A stretch of DNA of 64,000 bases from a virus (lineage: Duplodnaviria; Caudoviricetes), in IMG/VR virus record IMGVR_UViG_3300035491_000281; one strand, given 5' to 3'. The notes beneath the pieces were generated by a model. That model saw only the letters and a list, made by a program, of their open reading frames with translations, was not told where the DNA came from and did no database searches. Positions 1 through 9,080 of this stretch are shown in pieces; the stretch's first letter is position 1; each line of letters starts with the position of its first letter. The position numbers were made by a program, and so were the translations under genes.

Positions 1-1
1 G

Positions 2-607
2 ACCGGTTACCTGGCGGGTGGTGGTTACACCAAGCCGGTACCGCTGGTGCTCGACTACGCTCAGCGTTGGGCGCGCTTCGCTGGTGCTGGTAACGGCATG
101 ATGAAGGAAGGCTTCGATCCGGACACCAGCCCGAACAACCGGGTAAGTCTGGTCAAGGACCTGAACGTCAAGTTCTTCAACGAGCGCGTCCAGTCCGATC
201 TGTGGGCGTCGGGTGCCACCTACACGCTGTCCTACGATCGACGCAGTCAGTACTACCCGGCACTGCATTCGGTCTACAGCGACGACACCTCGGTACTGAT
301 CTCGCCGATCACTGTGGCTATCTGCTGTGACATCTTGCGTCTGGTGCGCAAGGTACATGCGGACTTCTCTGGCAACGCCAAGCTGACCAAGGAACAGCTG
401 ATCGAGCAGTGCGATAACCGCATTCTTGAACTGGCCGATGGTCGCTACGTCGGTCGGGTACAGATCGTACCGCAGACCTACTTCACCGACGCCGACGATC
501 AGCGCGGTTTCAGCTGGCACTGCAAAGTGACCGTTTACGCCAACAACCCGCGCACGGTGATGATCTTCGATCTCGAAACCCGCCGCATGGAGGACCTGGG
601 CCAATAA
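2..607 (+). CDS. Contractile tail sheath protein, C-terminal part (phiKZ gp29-like), 5' truncated by the window
   Basis: Frame is open from base 2 to TAA at 605-607. The C-terminus resembles a sheath domain and lies directly upstream of the tube-like gene, as in phiKZ-like phages. Confidence 0.75.
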   Translation, partial: TGYLAGGGYTKPVPLVLDYAQRWARFAGAGNGMMKEGFDPDTSPNNRVSLVKDLNVKFFNERVQSDLWASGATYTLSYDRRSQYYPALHSVYSDDTSVLISPITVAICCDILRLVRKVHADFSGNAKLTKEQLIEQCDNRILELADGRYVGRVQIVPQTYFTDADDQRGFSWHCKVTVYANNPRTVMIFDLETRRMEDLGQ

Positions 608-639
608 GGCCCGGGTTCGCCCCTTAAGAGGACGCTGTA

Positions 640-1503
640 ATGGCAAGGTACACCAACCCCTTTATCGGTAACCGCGCCTACGGGCAAGGTCAAGCCGTGA
701 ACACCATCGACCTGTCGCAGGCCGGTAGCGTTCAGTTCGCTCCCAATCTGGCCAATCTGGCCGGTAACACCCCGTACGTACGTCGTAACGTCGTACCGTT
801 TCTGATCGAAGCACCGCGCTTCTTCCAGTACGCTCCAGACCCGGATCTGATGGTGCGTTGCCTGAAAGCGATGATCGAGAACCACACTCGTACCATCGAC
901 GGTCTGAACCAGCAGCTGACAGTCGACACGGCCGAAGCGCCGGTCGGTGGTTCGGGTGAGCGCATTCAGACTGCCACCAACGTTACTCGTGCGGTGTCCA
1001 ACCCCTCGCACGGCATGTGGGAACTGCAGGGTCGTGCGATCTCCAAGTTCGTCAAGTGGTGGATTCAGTACGGCATCGGTGACGAGAACACCAAGGTTCC
1101 GCTGGTGGTCTCCAACGGTCAGGTTCGCGCTGAGGATTACGACGCTACCTTCTACGGAGCGACTATCCTCTACGTCGAGCCCGATCCGACCTTCACCGAC
1201 GTGGTCAGTGCCTGGCTCTGCACCAACATGTTCCCGACCGGCACGCCGCCGTGGGAAGGTTCCAAGGACGCCGGCCAGCTTGGCCAGAACCTCGACATCA
1301 ACATCGAGTTCACGGCGACCACGGACGTCTCGGTGGGCACCATGCTGTTTGCCAAGCAGATCATGCAGAGCCTGAACCTGGCGGGCATGAACCCGAACGA
1401 GAATCCGCTGTGGCTGGAAAACATCAGTGCCGATGTTCGCAAAGCCAACAACGGTATCGAGACGCAGCTGGAAGAAGGCGCAAGCCAGCGGATCAGCTAC
1501 TGA
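640..1503 (+). CDS. Tail tube protein (phiKZ gp30-like)
   Basis: 287 aa, SD GAGG upstream, strongly C-ending codon bias, follows the sheath gene, followed by a hairpin. Confidence 0.7.
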   Translation: MARYTNPFIGNRAYGQGQAVNTIDLSQAGSVQFAPNLANLAGNTPYVRRNVVPFLIEAPRFFQYAPDPDLMVRCLKAMIENHTRTIDGLNQQLTVDTAEAPVGGSGERIQTATNVTRAVSNPSHGMWELQGRAISKFVKWWIQYGIGDENTKVPLVVSNGQVRAEDYDATFYGATILYVEPDPTFTDVVSAWLCTNMFPTGTPPWEGSKDAGQLGQNLDINIEFTATTDVSVGTMLFAKQIMQSLNLAGMNPNENPLWLENISADVRKANNGIETQLEEGASQRISY

Positions 1504-1508
1504 TCCAC

Positions 1509-1530
1509 AGCCCTCCCTTCGGGGAGGGCT
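1509..1530 (+). terminator. UUCG hairpin after the tube gene
   Basis: AGCCCTCCC-TTCG-GGGAGGGCT, 9-bp stem, no U tract. Confidence 0.55.
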
Positions 1531-1554
1531 ACCTATAACGTCCTGAGGTGACTT

Positions 1555-1704
1555 ATGGCAACCACACTGCAAAGCAAAGCGACCCCTCAACCGGCCAAAC
1601 GGCAGGTGACCTATCCGGATGCGGTCTCGTCACTGGTGGCTAAACAGCCTGTAGGGCTGGCCCACCAGCTCAACGAAGGCGCTCGCAAGCGTCTGACCTT
1701 CTGA
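1555..1704 (+). CDS. Small hypothetical protein (49 aa), not in the ORF track
   Basis: GAGGTG SD then ATG at 1555. MATTLQSKATPQPAKRQVTYPDAV... ends at TGA 1702-1704, just before the SD of the next gene. Confidence 0.55.
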   Translation: MATTLQSKATPQPAKRQVTYPDAVSSLVAKQPVGLAHQLNEGARKRLTF

Positions 1705-1714
1705 GGTGGGTCCG

Positions 1715-2176
1715 ATGAAAATGTGGTTGGGGTTTCTTGTTCTCTTGATCGGCTTGTTTGGGTTTGCCGACCGTAGTTGGAGTCACGACCAGACGCTCTG
1801 GTTGACCCCAAAACACATCACCCGTGTGTATGACGGGGATACGCTTTTCATCACGCTTCCGGAGCAGCTGGATGTCTTTGGAAAAGACTTGGGAGTGCGC
1901 GTTCTGGGAATCAACACTCCAGAGGTGCGCAGCAGCTGTACCACCGAAGAGCTTCGAGCGCGGGAACGGACCAAAGCCTATGCGGCTCGGGACTACTTGG
2001 CCACGCTACTGACACAAGCCCGCACGATCGAGTTGACGCAGTTGGATCGTGACAAGTATTTTCGACTGCTGGCCAATGTCACCCTGGACGGCTGGCCGGT
2101 GAGTAAGCTGATGATAGATGCCGGTTACGCCCTCCCGTACAGCGGTGGGACCAAAGAGAGTTGGTGCGGTAAGTAA
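1715..2176 (+). CDS. Thermonuclease (SNase-like) with N-terminal signal/membrane anchor
   Basis: SNase motifs VYDGDTL, VRVLGINTPE, DKYFRLLA, GYALPY. Hydrophobic N-terminus MKMWLGFLVLLIGLFG. Confidence 0.8.
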   Translation: MKMWLGFLVLLIGLFGFADRSWSHDQTLWLTPKHITRVYDGDTLFITLPEQLDVFGKDLGVRVLGINTPEVRSSCTTEELRARERTKAYAARDYLATLLTQARTIELTQLDRDKYFRLLANVTLDGWPVSKLMIDAGYALPYSGGTKESWCGK

Positions 2177-2232
2177 CCTTCAGCCCTCTCCAGTCAGGAG
2201 AGGGTTTATGTCGTTAAAGCCACGAAGCTTGG

Positions 2233-2244
2233 GATCTATATCAC
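2233..2244 (+). promoter_or_regulatory. Putative early (vRNAP) promoter motif GATCTATATCAC
   Basis: The same motif recurs in intergenic DNA at 18329, 23297, 28249 and 33304, each upstream of a + strand gene. Confidence 0.6.
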
Positions 2245-2283
2245 CGACTGGATAACCCCCTATCTGTCTTGGAGTATCTCTCG

Positions 2284-2583
2284 ATGAAAGCCCTTTTGAC
2301 TGGTTTGTTTAATCTTGCATTCCTGATGCCTGTGGTGACTGCATCTGCCGTGTCCGGTGAACTTACCCCGCAGGAGATCTACCGCGACGCTCAGGTCGTG
2401 CTCTGTCAGCTGGATGCTGGCTGTTATGACCTGGAAACCGGGGAATCGGTAATCGAACCTGATGGGGAGTATGCCGAAGGTTATTCGGTGATATTGCCGC
2501 TGGATAAGTACAGCCCTGCACAGATTGAGGCCGCCCGGCAGATTCTGGAGCAAAAGTATCGGGACATGGTGTTGGGTGATTGA
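2284..2583 (+). CDS. Small exported hypothetical protein
   Basis: ATG 2284 with GGAG upstream. Signal-peptide-like MKALLTGLFNLAFLMPVVTASA followed by an acidic mature part. Confidence 0.6.
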   Translation: MKALLTGLFNLAFLMPVVTASAVSGELTPQEIYRDAQVVLCQLDAGCYDLETGESVIEPDGEYAEGYSVILPLDKYSPAQIEAARQILEQKYRDMVLGD

Positions 2584-2592
2584 CGACATACA

Positions 2593-2633
2593 CGGAGGCC
2601 CGCTGGGGCCTCCGCATAAGGTTTCTTTTTTTT
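2593..2633. terminator. Bidirectional hairpin between convergent genes
   Basis: CGGAGGCCC...GGGCCTCCG stem with a T-rich tail on the + strand. Confidence 0.55.
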
Positions 2634-2636
2634 GTT

Positions 2637-3863
2637 TCAGTTGGTGTAATACTGCTTGGTCATGGCGCGCAGAATCACGTACAACAACAGTCCGGTACGC
2701 ACCGACGCGATCACGGCCCCATTGCGGGTCTTAACTGCGTTCATCACCAGCTTCTCTGCTTGTTCCCTCATCTTCAACACCGATGGGTCGGACGAGCGCG
2801 AGGCCATCAGCAACGAACGGACGTTGGCCACCAATGCTGCCAAGTCATTACTACGCCCCACCAAACTGCGGTTGGACTGCAGGTAGTCAAAGGTGTAGAG
2901 CAGGGTTTCCTTGACCAGCTCCTCCAGGTAGGCCTGGCCCCGTTGTTGGTAGTTACGGGTCAGGTACACCAAGGTTTCCTTCAACAACTGCGGGGGCATG
3001 GTCGGCATAGCCGAGGCAATAACGTTGATCAACTCATCTTTGATCAGGTTTCGTTCAGTCTGTGCCACCTCGTTCATATAGCGCAGGTAATCCGCGTAGC
3101 CGTTCTTGCGATCGCGCAGCACCATCTCACCGTCGGTGGTCATCATGGTGTCGCTAGTTGAAGTTACCCGCACGCCCGACTGTAGGGTTTCCAGGTAGAC
3201 GGCGTAGATCTTCTTTACTACTTCACGAATCCGACCCTGGGTGTCGGTCACCACCCGAATCAGTGAGGGATCGGGTTTGAAGTCTTGGATCGCTCGGCGG
3301 TAAATGCTGTTGGGGGACACCAGGTCTTCAGACCGCGCTTCCAACAGGGCCCGCCATGAACCATACCGGCGAATGTCGTAGCGTCCCGACAGCATGCTGT
3401 AGGTGGCCTGCGCCACTTCCCGGTCGGCTGGATAACGGAAACGGGTCACCAGCAGACTCGTTAGGAAGCGGTAGTGCAACACCATGAAGCCATGGACTTG
3501 GGCATCGCGCTTGAGCTTCTGGGGTAGGTTGGCCTGCTCCAACCGATGAGCCAGGTAAATCGGTGTGTAATTGAACACATCCGACATCACCTTAAATTCG
3601 TGGTTGATCGACTTGACCTTACGGAAGGCGTTGGTGAGCAGGGCTTCGTCGACGTCCAGAACGTCTTCGTACCAGGCTTCACGGTCGGACTCCAGGAAGC
3701 GGATCGGGTTGACCCCCAACAGTACACCGCCGAAGAAAGCGCTGTGGTCATCGTTACGGGTCATGAAACGTTGCGAGTATTGAATCACGCGCTGGCACAA
3801 GTCGCGGTCGAACTTGACTTGGTCAAACTGCTGATCAAAAACCTCTTTCAAGGTTGGGTTCAT
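2637..3863 (-). CDS. Conserved phiKZ-like virion/morphogenesis protein (gp32-like by synteny)
   Basis: Long ORF, ATG at 3863 with GGAG SD, positioned between the tube gene and phuZ. Confidence 0.55.
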   Translation of the reverse strand: MNPTLKEVFDQQFDQVKFDRDLCQRVIQYSQRFMTRNDDHSAFFGGVLLGVNPIRFLESDREAWYEDVLDVDEALLTNAFRKVKSINHEFKVMSDVFNYTPIYLAHRLEQANLPQKLKRDAQVHGFMVLHYRFLTSLLVTRFRYPADREVAQATYSMLSGRYDIRRYGSWRALLEARSEDLVSPNSIYRRAIQDFKPDPSLIRVVTDTQGRIREVVKKIYAVYLETLQSGVRVTSTSDTMMTTDGEMVLRDRKNGYADYLRYMNEVAQTERNLIKDELINVIASAMPTMPPQLLKETLVYLTRNYQQRGQAYLEELVKETLLYTFDYLQSNRSLVGRSNDLAALVANVRSLLMASRSSDPSVLKMREQAEKLVMNAVKTRNGAVIASVRTGLLLYVILRAMTKQYYTN

Positions 3864-3989
3864 GGGGGACTCCACTGGGTCGAGAAAACACAGCAGTAAA
3901 ACACTCTGCCGTCTAAATCTTTGGATCTAAATCATTAAGCAGGTTAGGTCCGTCGCATCCAATGATTATAACGATAGAGGTAACCGTCA

Positions 3990-4304
3990 ATGAGTACTGT
4001 CTTGCCAATGCAGTTCGAGGGTCTGGAGCAGGAAATCCAATCCTTGGTCAGCCAACTGGACACCGTCCACGGCTTCCTACAGGTCGATGCCCAGATGGGT
4101 CATTACCCCCCGCAGGAGAATGCCGATGAGTACCTGCAGTTCCACACCCCTCAGTTGATCCAGCGCCTGCGTGAGCTCCTCAACGACCCCGTACAGGGTG
4201 TTGTCGCCGAAGAGCGCCTCAGTGCCCAGGGGTACGCGGTAACGGTGGTAGAGGAGCAGAGCCGGCGGTTGTACTTGAAGGGTACGACCTACATCACCCT
4301 CTAG
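3990..4304 (+). CDS. Hypothetical protein
   Basis: 104 aa, SD GAGG, preceded by a variant of the promoter motif (GATCTAAATCAT 3924-3935), followed by a UUCG hairpin. Confidence 0.6.
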   Translation: MSTVLPMQFEGLEQEIQSLVSQLDTVHGFLQVDAQMGHYPPQENADEYLQFHTPQLIQRLRELLNDPVQGVVAEERLSAQGYAVTVVEEQSRRLYLKGTTYITL

Positions 4305-5117
4305 GTCATACATCGGGACCCTTCGGGGTCCCTGTTTATGCCGTACTGTCTATCACCCCTACCAGCCCGCAGGGCTTTTAAAATTTTCGCGACGCCGCGG
4401 CGCGCGCAGTACGTCTTGTGGGTTCCTAAGGAGTCCATGGGTAGCGTATGCTAAACCCATGTCAAGCTTAAAGTAGCGGTCGCTAGATACCCGTTAGGGA
4501 ATCCGGATAGCTCTAGTTTGTTATCGTCCCATCGGACGTATGATAACAAACTAGAGCGTACAGGAGTCTGAGGAAAGCTTTTGCTCTTATAAACCGGAGA
4601 GCGACAAGCGCTCTCCTCCTTATTTTCTTCTACGAAGTATAACCTAAACCAGCCAGACCCTGAGGGGGGTCTGGCTGACCTTATTCTTCTTCTTTCCTTC
4701 GCCAGAAGAAAATACTGTTTTTTTGTTTATTATATAGAGGGGGACCGACACCGACAACGGAGGGGGCGGGACCCCCTCCTTATTCTTTCGCTCTTGGAAG
4801 AAAGCGCCCTAATCATCGTACCATAGTAGTTTTTAGTTTTTCTTTCCGCAAATCCCAAAGAGTGCCGTCAAGCACTCGTTTATACCGACTCGTCCCGACG
4901 CAGAAAAAACTTACCCCCAAGCTGAAGCTATGTGGAGGAGTGTCACCTCCAGGCATGTGTTCTCTTGATCCTACCTGACCAGTCGCCGGGCCTGGTTGGT
5001 TTAGCTGTAAAGCGTAGGCTCGCTCTCTCCGTACAGCCCGGCCTCGAATTCTTAAGCGCTCTGTCAGACGACAGGGCGGCTATACCGAAGCTAACCAAAC
5101 CAAAAGGAGCAACACCC
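4305..5117. other. Long structured non-coding region upstream of phuZ (function unknown)
   Basis: About 810 nt without a credible gene, with many inverted repeats: 4315-4332, 4510-4557, 4596-4616, 4651-4676, 4759-4779. Confidence 0.6.
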
Positions 5118-6059
5118 GTGTCGATCAAGACTCGTATCTACTGCTGTGGCGGAGCTGGCACCAACCTGGGCCAACAACTGAACCCGCACTACGCCACCCA
5201 CTGCTACATCGATACCAGCCAATCCAACCGCACGGCTGGTCTGGATCTGGATCTGTGCCATTTCATCGAGGGACTGGACGGCTCGGGTAAGAACCGCCGT
5301 GAAAACTACGCCCCGATCGCCAAGGAAGTCCAAACCGTCCTGAATCGCTTCCCGGCCGGTGACTTCAATATCGTGCTGTTCTCCGCAGCCGGTGGTTCGG
5401 GGTCGGTGATCGGCCCGCTGGTACTCAAGGGTCTGCTCGAAGCAGGTTTCCCGGCGGTAGCGGTAGTCATTGGCTCGGATGACAGCGCCATCGCGGTAAC
5501 CAACACCATCAATACCCTGAAGTCGCTCGAATCCATCTCGGTGATGGCCAAGCAGCCGGTGGTGATGGCGTACCTGGAAAACACTGTTGGCGTCAGCCGT
5601 GGTCAAATCGACCAGGACGTGCTGTTCATGCTCGAAAGCCTGGGCGTGTTGACCAGCCAGGAAAACCGCGAACTGGACACCAAGGACCTGACCAACTGGG
5701 TGCAGTATCAGAAGGTCTGTGCGGCGGCTCCGCAACTCTCGGCCCTGTCGGTCTACGACAACCGCACCGATGCCTCCAGCAGCATCGAACCGATCTCGAT
5801 CGCCTCGCTCTACGCCGATCCGAGCAAGGACACCCCGTTCGGCAATCCGCACTACGCCACCGTCGGTTACCCTGAGCTCGAAGCCATGCACCTGGCCGAC
5901 CAGCTGCACTTCGTGATCAACCACGCCGACATCGAAGAAACCTTCAAGCACCTGACCGAGCGTCAGACGCAGCTCAACCGTGCGTTCAGCAGCTACCGTC
6001 AGCGCAAGGCGGTGGTGGACGTCGACGACAGCGTCACCCCGGACGGTCTGGTAATCTAA
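5118..6059 (+). CDS. phuZ: Phage tubulin PhuZ (spindle protein)
   Basis: GTG 5118 after AAGGAG. Motifs CCGGAGTNLG, tubulin signature AAGGSGS and ELDTKDLTNW, plus the PhuZ-type acidic tail VDVDDSVTPDGLVI. Confidence 0.93.
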   Translation: MSIKTRIYCCGGAGTNLGQQLNPHYATHCYIDTSQSNRTAGLDLDLCHFIEGLDGSGKNRRENYAPIAKEVQTVLNRFPAGDFNIVLFSAAGGSGSVIGPLVLKGLLEAGFPAVAVVIGSDDSAIAVTNTINTLKSLESISVMAKQPVVMAYLENTVGVSRGQIDQDVLFMLESLGVLTSQENRELDTKDLTNWVQYQKVCAAAPQLSALSVYDNRTDASSSIEPISIASLYADPSKDTPFGNPHYATVGYPELEAMHLADQLHFVINHADIEETFKHLTERQTQLNRAFSSYRQRKAVVDVDDSVTPDGLVI

Positions 6060-6071
6060 CCGTAGCCACTG

Positions 6072-6101
6072 AGGCCAGGGTTCGCCCTGGCCTTTTTCTT
6101 T
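6072..6101 (+). terminator. Intrinsic terminator after phuZ
   Basis: AGGCCAGGG-TTCG-CCCTGGCCT followed by TTTTCTTT. Confidence 0.8.
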
Positions 6102-6119
6102 GTCAAAGAGACTGCCAAC

Positions 6120-6548
6120 ATGTTTACCGGTATCAAACAACTTCCGCCTGGGGAGGCGCGTTGGCTTGACCAGACGGTCATGAACAACGATGAGGAAGGA
6201 CTCCGGGGTAACTGTGCCCAAGCGGCCATCGCCAGCATTCTGGCGGTACCGCTGGAGCAGGTACCGAACTTCATTGAGCTGACCGAAACTGCGACTGAGT
6301 TTTGGGACGCCATCGAAGCCTTTTTGAAAAGTCATGGTTATCTTGTGGAGTATGGCTCTGAATCCTACCGTCCCCCGATTGTCTACCTAGCCAGCGGTAC
6401 GTCCCCGCGCGGCTTGGCTCACATGGTGGTGATGTACGGCGAGGAACTGCTGCACGACCCCCACCCCTCGCGGGCGGGGCTGGTGGAGATTACCAACACT
6501 TTCATTTTAACGCCGATCGATCCGGCAGTGCGGGGAACCAGGATATGA
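6120..6548 (+). CDS. Hypothetical protein, possible papain/C39-like fold
   Basis: Cys-His-Asp spaced motifs GNCAQAAIASIL, AHMVV and LHDPHP resemble C39-like peptidase domains. Fold is inferred. Confidence 0.45.
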   Translation: MFTGIKQLPPGEARWLDQTVMNNDEEGLRGNCAQAAIASILAVPLEQVPNFIELTETATEFWDAIEAFLKSHGYLVEYGSESYRPPIVYLASGTSPRGLAHMVVMYGEELLHDPHPSRAGLVEITNTFILTPIDPAVRGTRI

Positions 6549-6811
6549 GTCAGTCAGACCACAGCAGTGAGGCATACCAGGCTGCCGTAGCTCAGGGTTT
6601 TGTGGGGACCGAATCGGAATTCAACGACTTGGTCATCAATTCGGAATACGTTGAATTTCCTATCGCTGCCGAAGCCGATAGCGCGACCGTTTACTTCAGC
6701 CAACCGACTGACACCATCCCCCTGATTTGGGCGGTGGGAACGCTGGGTATAGCAACCCTACTGGCCCACGCACTGTTCTTTGCCTGGAATCGCTGGATCG
6801 GGTTCGACTAA
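6545..6811 (+). CDS. Small membrane protein
   Basis: ATGA overlap with the previous gene. C-terminal hydrophobic segment LIWAVGTLGIATLLAHALFFAW. Confidence 0.6.
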   Translation: MSQSDHSSEAYQAAVAQGFVGTESEFNDLVINSEYVEFPIAAEADSATVYFSQPTDTIPLIWAVGTLGIATLLAHALFFAWNRWIGFD

Positions 6812-6829
6812 CCATAAGGGGTGCGCCAG

Positions 6830-7330
6830 ATGGCCAAGTCCAAGCGTCACGAGATGGACCGCCAGCTGGCGGAGGAGCTAGGGTTGACCCTGGCGCCCTT
6901 CGTGTTGACGGTCAAACACGTCACCAAACTCCAAGGGGTGGGGAAGGGCTTCTTCTTTGCCTTCGAACACAAAGGCCAACTCTGGTATGACCGCGCCCCG
7001 GTGTGGAATGAATCGCTCGGCTGCCGGATCAAACCCGAACGCTTCTTTTTGCCCGACCTGGTTGCCAAACGACTACGTGAACACCACTACCAGAGATGGT
7101 ACTTCCACGACCACAGCTATCTCTACCCTGTACAGATGGCTAAGTTGGACAAACTCCATCAGTTGTTCTGGTTTGTACCGGACCCCGATCCCCTCTACCG
7201 CAGTGAGGTAATCTTCGAGGTGGACAAGTTTCAGCTGCGCCGTAAAGCCCTGCGTAGTGCCCAAGCCCCCCAGCCGGGGTGGGACGATTGCGCCCCGTAC
7301 GTGGTTCGCCGCCAGCGCCAAACCGCATAG
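6830..7330 (+). CDS. Hypothetical protein
   Basis: Coupled ORF with AAGGGG SD, ending at a hairpin element. Confidence 0.55.
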   Translation: MAKSKRHEMDRQLAEELGLTLAPFVLTVKHVTKLQGVGKGFFFAFEHKGQLWYDRAPVWNESLGCRIKPERFFLPDLVAKRLREHHYQRWYFHDHSYLYPVQMAKLDKLHQLFWFVPDPDPLYRSEVIFEVDKFQLRRKALRSAQAPQPGWDDCAPYVVRRQRQTA

Positions 7331-7366
7331 ACCCCTCCCACACGCGGGAGGGGTTTTTATGCCGTA

Positions 7367-8121
7367 CTACGGCACTAATTCCAACACGGGACGCCAGACG
7401 TAGCTGCTGCTTGAAAGGGTGGGTTGTGCACTTCCGTAATAGTTCACGTCATAGAAACCACGTATTACTACGGAAGACGTGCTACCGTGGTATTCCTGAC
7501 AAGTGGTGCCCTTAAACACCGTGGGGTTGTCTTGACCCACCCCTAGATCGGCCGCAGTGTAGTCAGCCCAAAGATCAGCCCCTAACCCAAGAGGATCTTC
7601 AGCGCTTACTCGAAAGAGTAGGTCATTCCACTCACCACCGGCGGCTGTAGAGGGGTTAGTATTACCGCCCGTTATTAACCGAACTTTGTAGGTGTGTTCT
7701 CCAATCTGTACGGTCGTGGTGCCGAATACGATCCCGAGAGAATTAAGCGTATTCCAATCAATCGAATGACGCAAGCCCCTCTTTGCCACGAAAAGGCGTC
7801 GACCCTGGTGATTGAATCCCAACCAGGGTGTAGTGTCGTCCCCAATCGGGTAGCCGGCCGACAAACCAACCGCCATGGCCAAGGCCGACCCAGTAATAAA
7901 GTCGGCAGCCTCTACCTCGCCATACCAGCCCAGTTGGTCATCGCCGGCAATTAATGTTTCTCCCGGCTTAAAAGCCTGTACACCCACTGCCTCAAACCCC
8001 CGGGGGTGATGCCATCATGAATCCGCAGGGCTTTTTTCTCGATGTCAATCGAGAGCTCGCCTGCTAACAAAACCAAACTGTTGTTCTCTTGGGTGTTACC
8101 CCGTTTAAATCGAGTACGCAT
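7367..8121 (-). pseudogene. Frameshifted paralog of the 39999-40817 virion protein (Mtd-N-like leader plus lectin-like C-terminus)
   Basis: ATG 8121 reads MRTRFKRGNTQENNSLVLLAGELSIDIEKKALRIHDGITPGG. Homology continues in the -1 frame (FEAVGVQAF...WRPVLELVP). The tract is C5G5 here and C5G6 in the intact paralog. Confidence 0.75.
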
Positions 8122-8132
8122 TATTACTTACC

Positions 8133-8930
8133 TCAAGGGGCACCAACGATGGTGCGGATGTGACGACGCCGAGCTTCGGGGTCATTAAGAACAGAGATCT
8201 TCTTCCAACGACGCAGGCCGTCACGATACATCTGATCGCTGTCAGCATAGTTCATGATGGTCTCACGGAACACCCCGAGCATTTGACCACCCGAGAGCTG
8301 CCCCTGGTCCATGATCACGAGCATGCGATTATAGATGTAGGCTTTGGTGGCCATCACGCATAGCTGCGCGAAGTCCGGAATAGCTGTGGCGCGAATGTGC
8401 GACAAGGCGTTGTCATTCCCCAGTCGTACCCGCATGAAGGCGCTGGTGTAGGGGAGGTAGACAAAACGAGCCATGATGGTGTTGTGCGCTACCAGGTTCA
8501 GGTAACTGGTCACCGCTGGCGGAATACGAGTGGCGGCATCGAGTACCTTGCGCGTCTCCGCCGACAACGGCGACTCGGTGTAATTCATGGCCATACCCAT
8601 GTTCTGGTAACCGAGGATACCGAAGTGGATCGAATAGACCTGCACGATCGGACGGTTCTGCACCACCTCATCCGGAATCTGGTAAACCACACTGTACGGG
8701 TCGACATACTCCGACCGCACCGGGTGGTCCAGCGAGATATAGGCTTCCGTCCCCCCATGTAGATCAATGTCGGTAAACACCCGGGGTTCGAGGACCATTT
8801 CTCGGATGCGGGTCTCCAGGGACACATGTCCGGGGTAGTTGGCCAGTTCCTGGGTGATGAACGTTTGGTTCAGAATTTCTAACGGGATCTGGAACCGGAT
8901 TTCATCCAGTGCCTTCGTAATAGGGTTCAT
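8133..8930 (-). CDS. Conserved phiKZ-like virion-associated protein (gp42-like by synteny)
   Basis: ATG 8930 with AGGAGG SD, 265 aa. Confidence 0.55.
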   Translation of the reverse strand: MNPITKALDEIRFQIPLEILNQTFITQELANYPGHVSLETRIREMVLEPRVFTDIDLHGGTEAYISLDHPVRSEYVDPYSVVYQIPDEVVQNRPIVQVYSIHFGILGYQNMGMAMNYTESPLSAETRKVLDAATRIPPAVTSYLNLVAHNTIMARFVYLPYTSAFMRVRLGNDNALSHIRATAIPDFAQLCVMATKAYIYNRMLVIMDQGQLSGGQMLGVFRETIMNYADSDQMYRDGLRRWKKISVLNDPEARRRHIRTIVGAP

Positions 8931-9080
8931 AAAACCTCCTGTGAGCGCTTCTGTGAGGCGATTGGGCATCAGGGAATACTGGGCCCCCAGATACTATGAG
9001 AACGGCCCTTAGCGGGCTTAATAGAACGAGAATGAAACCTACATTATTCAGACGAGTACCATCGATTATAAGGTCGTCTT

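Noticed and set aside
4560-4640. Hammerhead-like CTGAGGA or RNase P-like GAGGAAAG in the non-coding region
   Set aside because: The downstream GAAA core and stem II of a hammerhead are missing, as is the GTCC continuation of RNase P.
4932-5117. N-terminal extension of PhuZ in the ORF track
   Set aside because: GTG 5118 has a good AAGGAG SD and matches the PhuZ N-terminus. The extension falls in the structured leader.
7367-7450. Diversity-generating retroelement acting on the Mtd-like genes
   Set aside because: No reverse transcriptase and no template repeat differing only at adenines were seen in this window. One could exist elsewhere in the genome.
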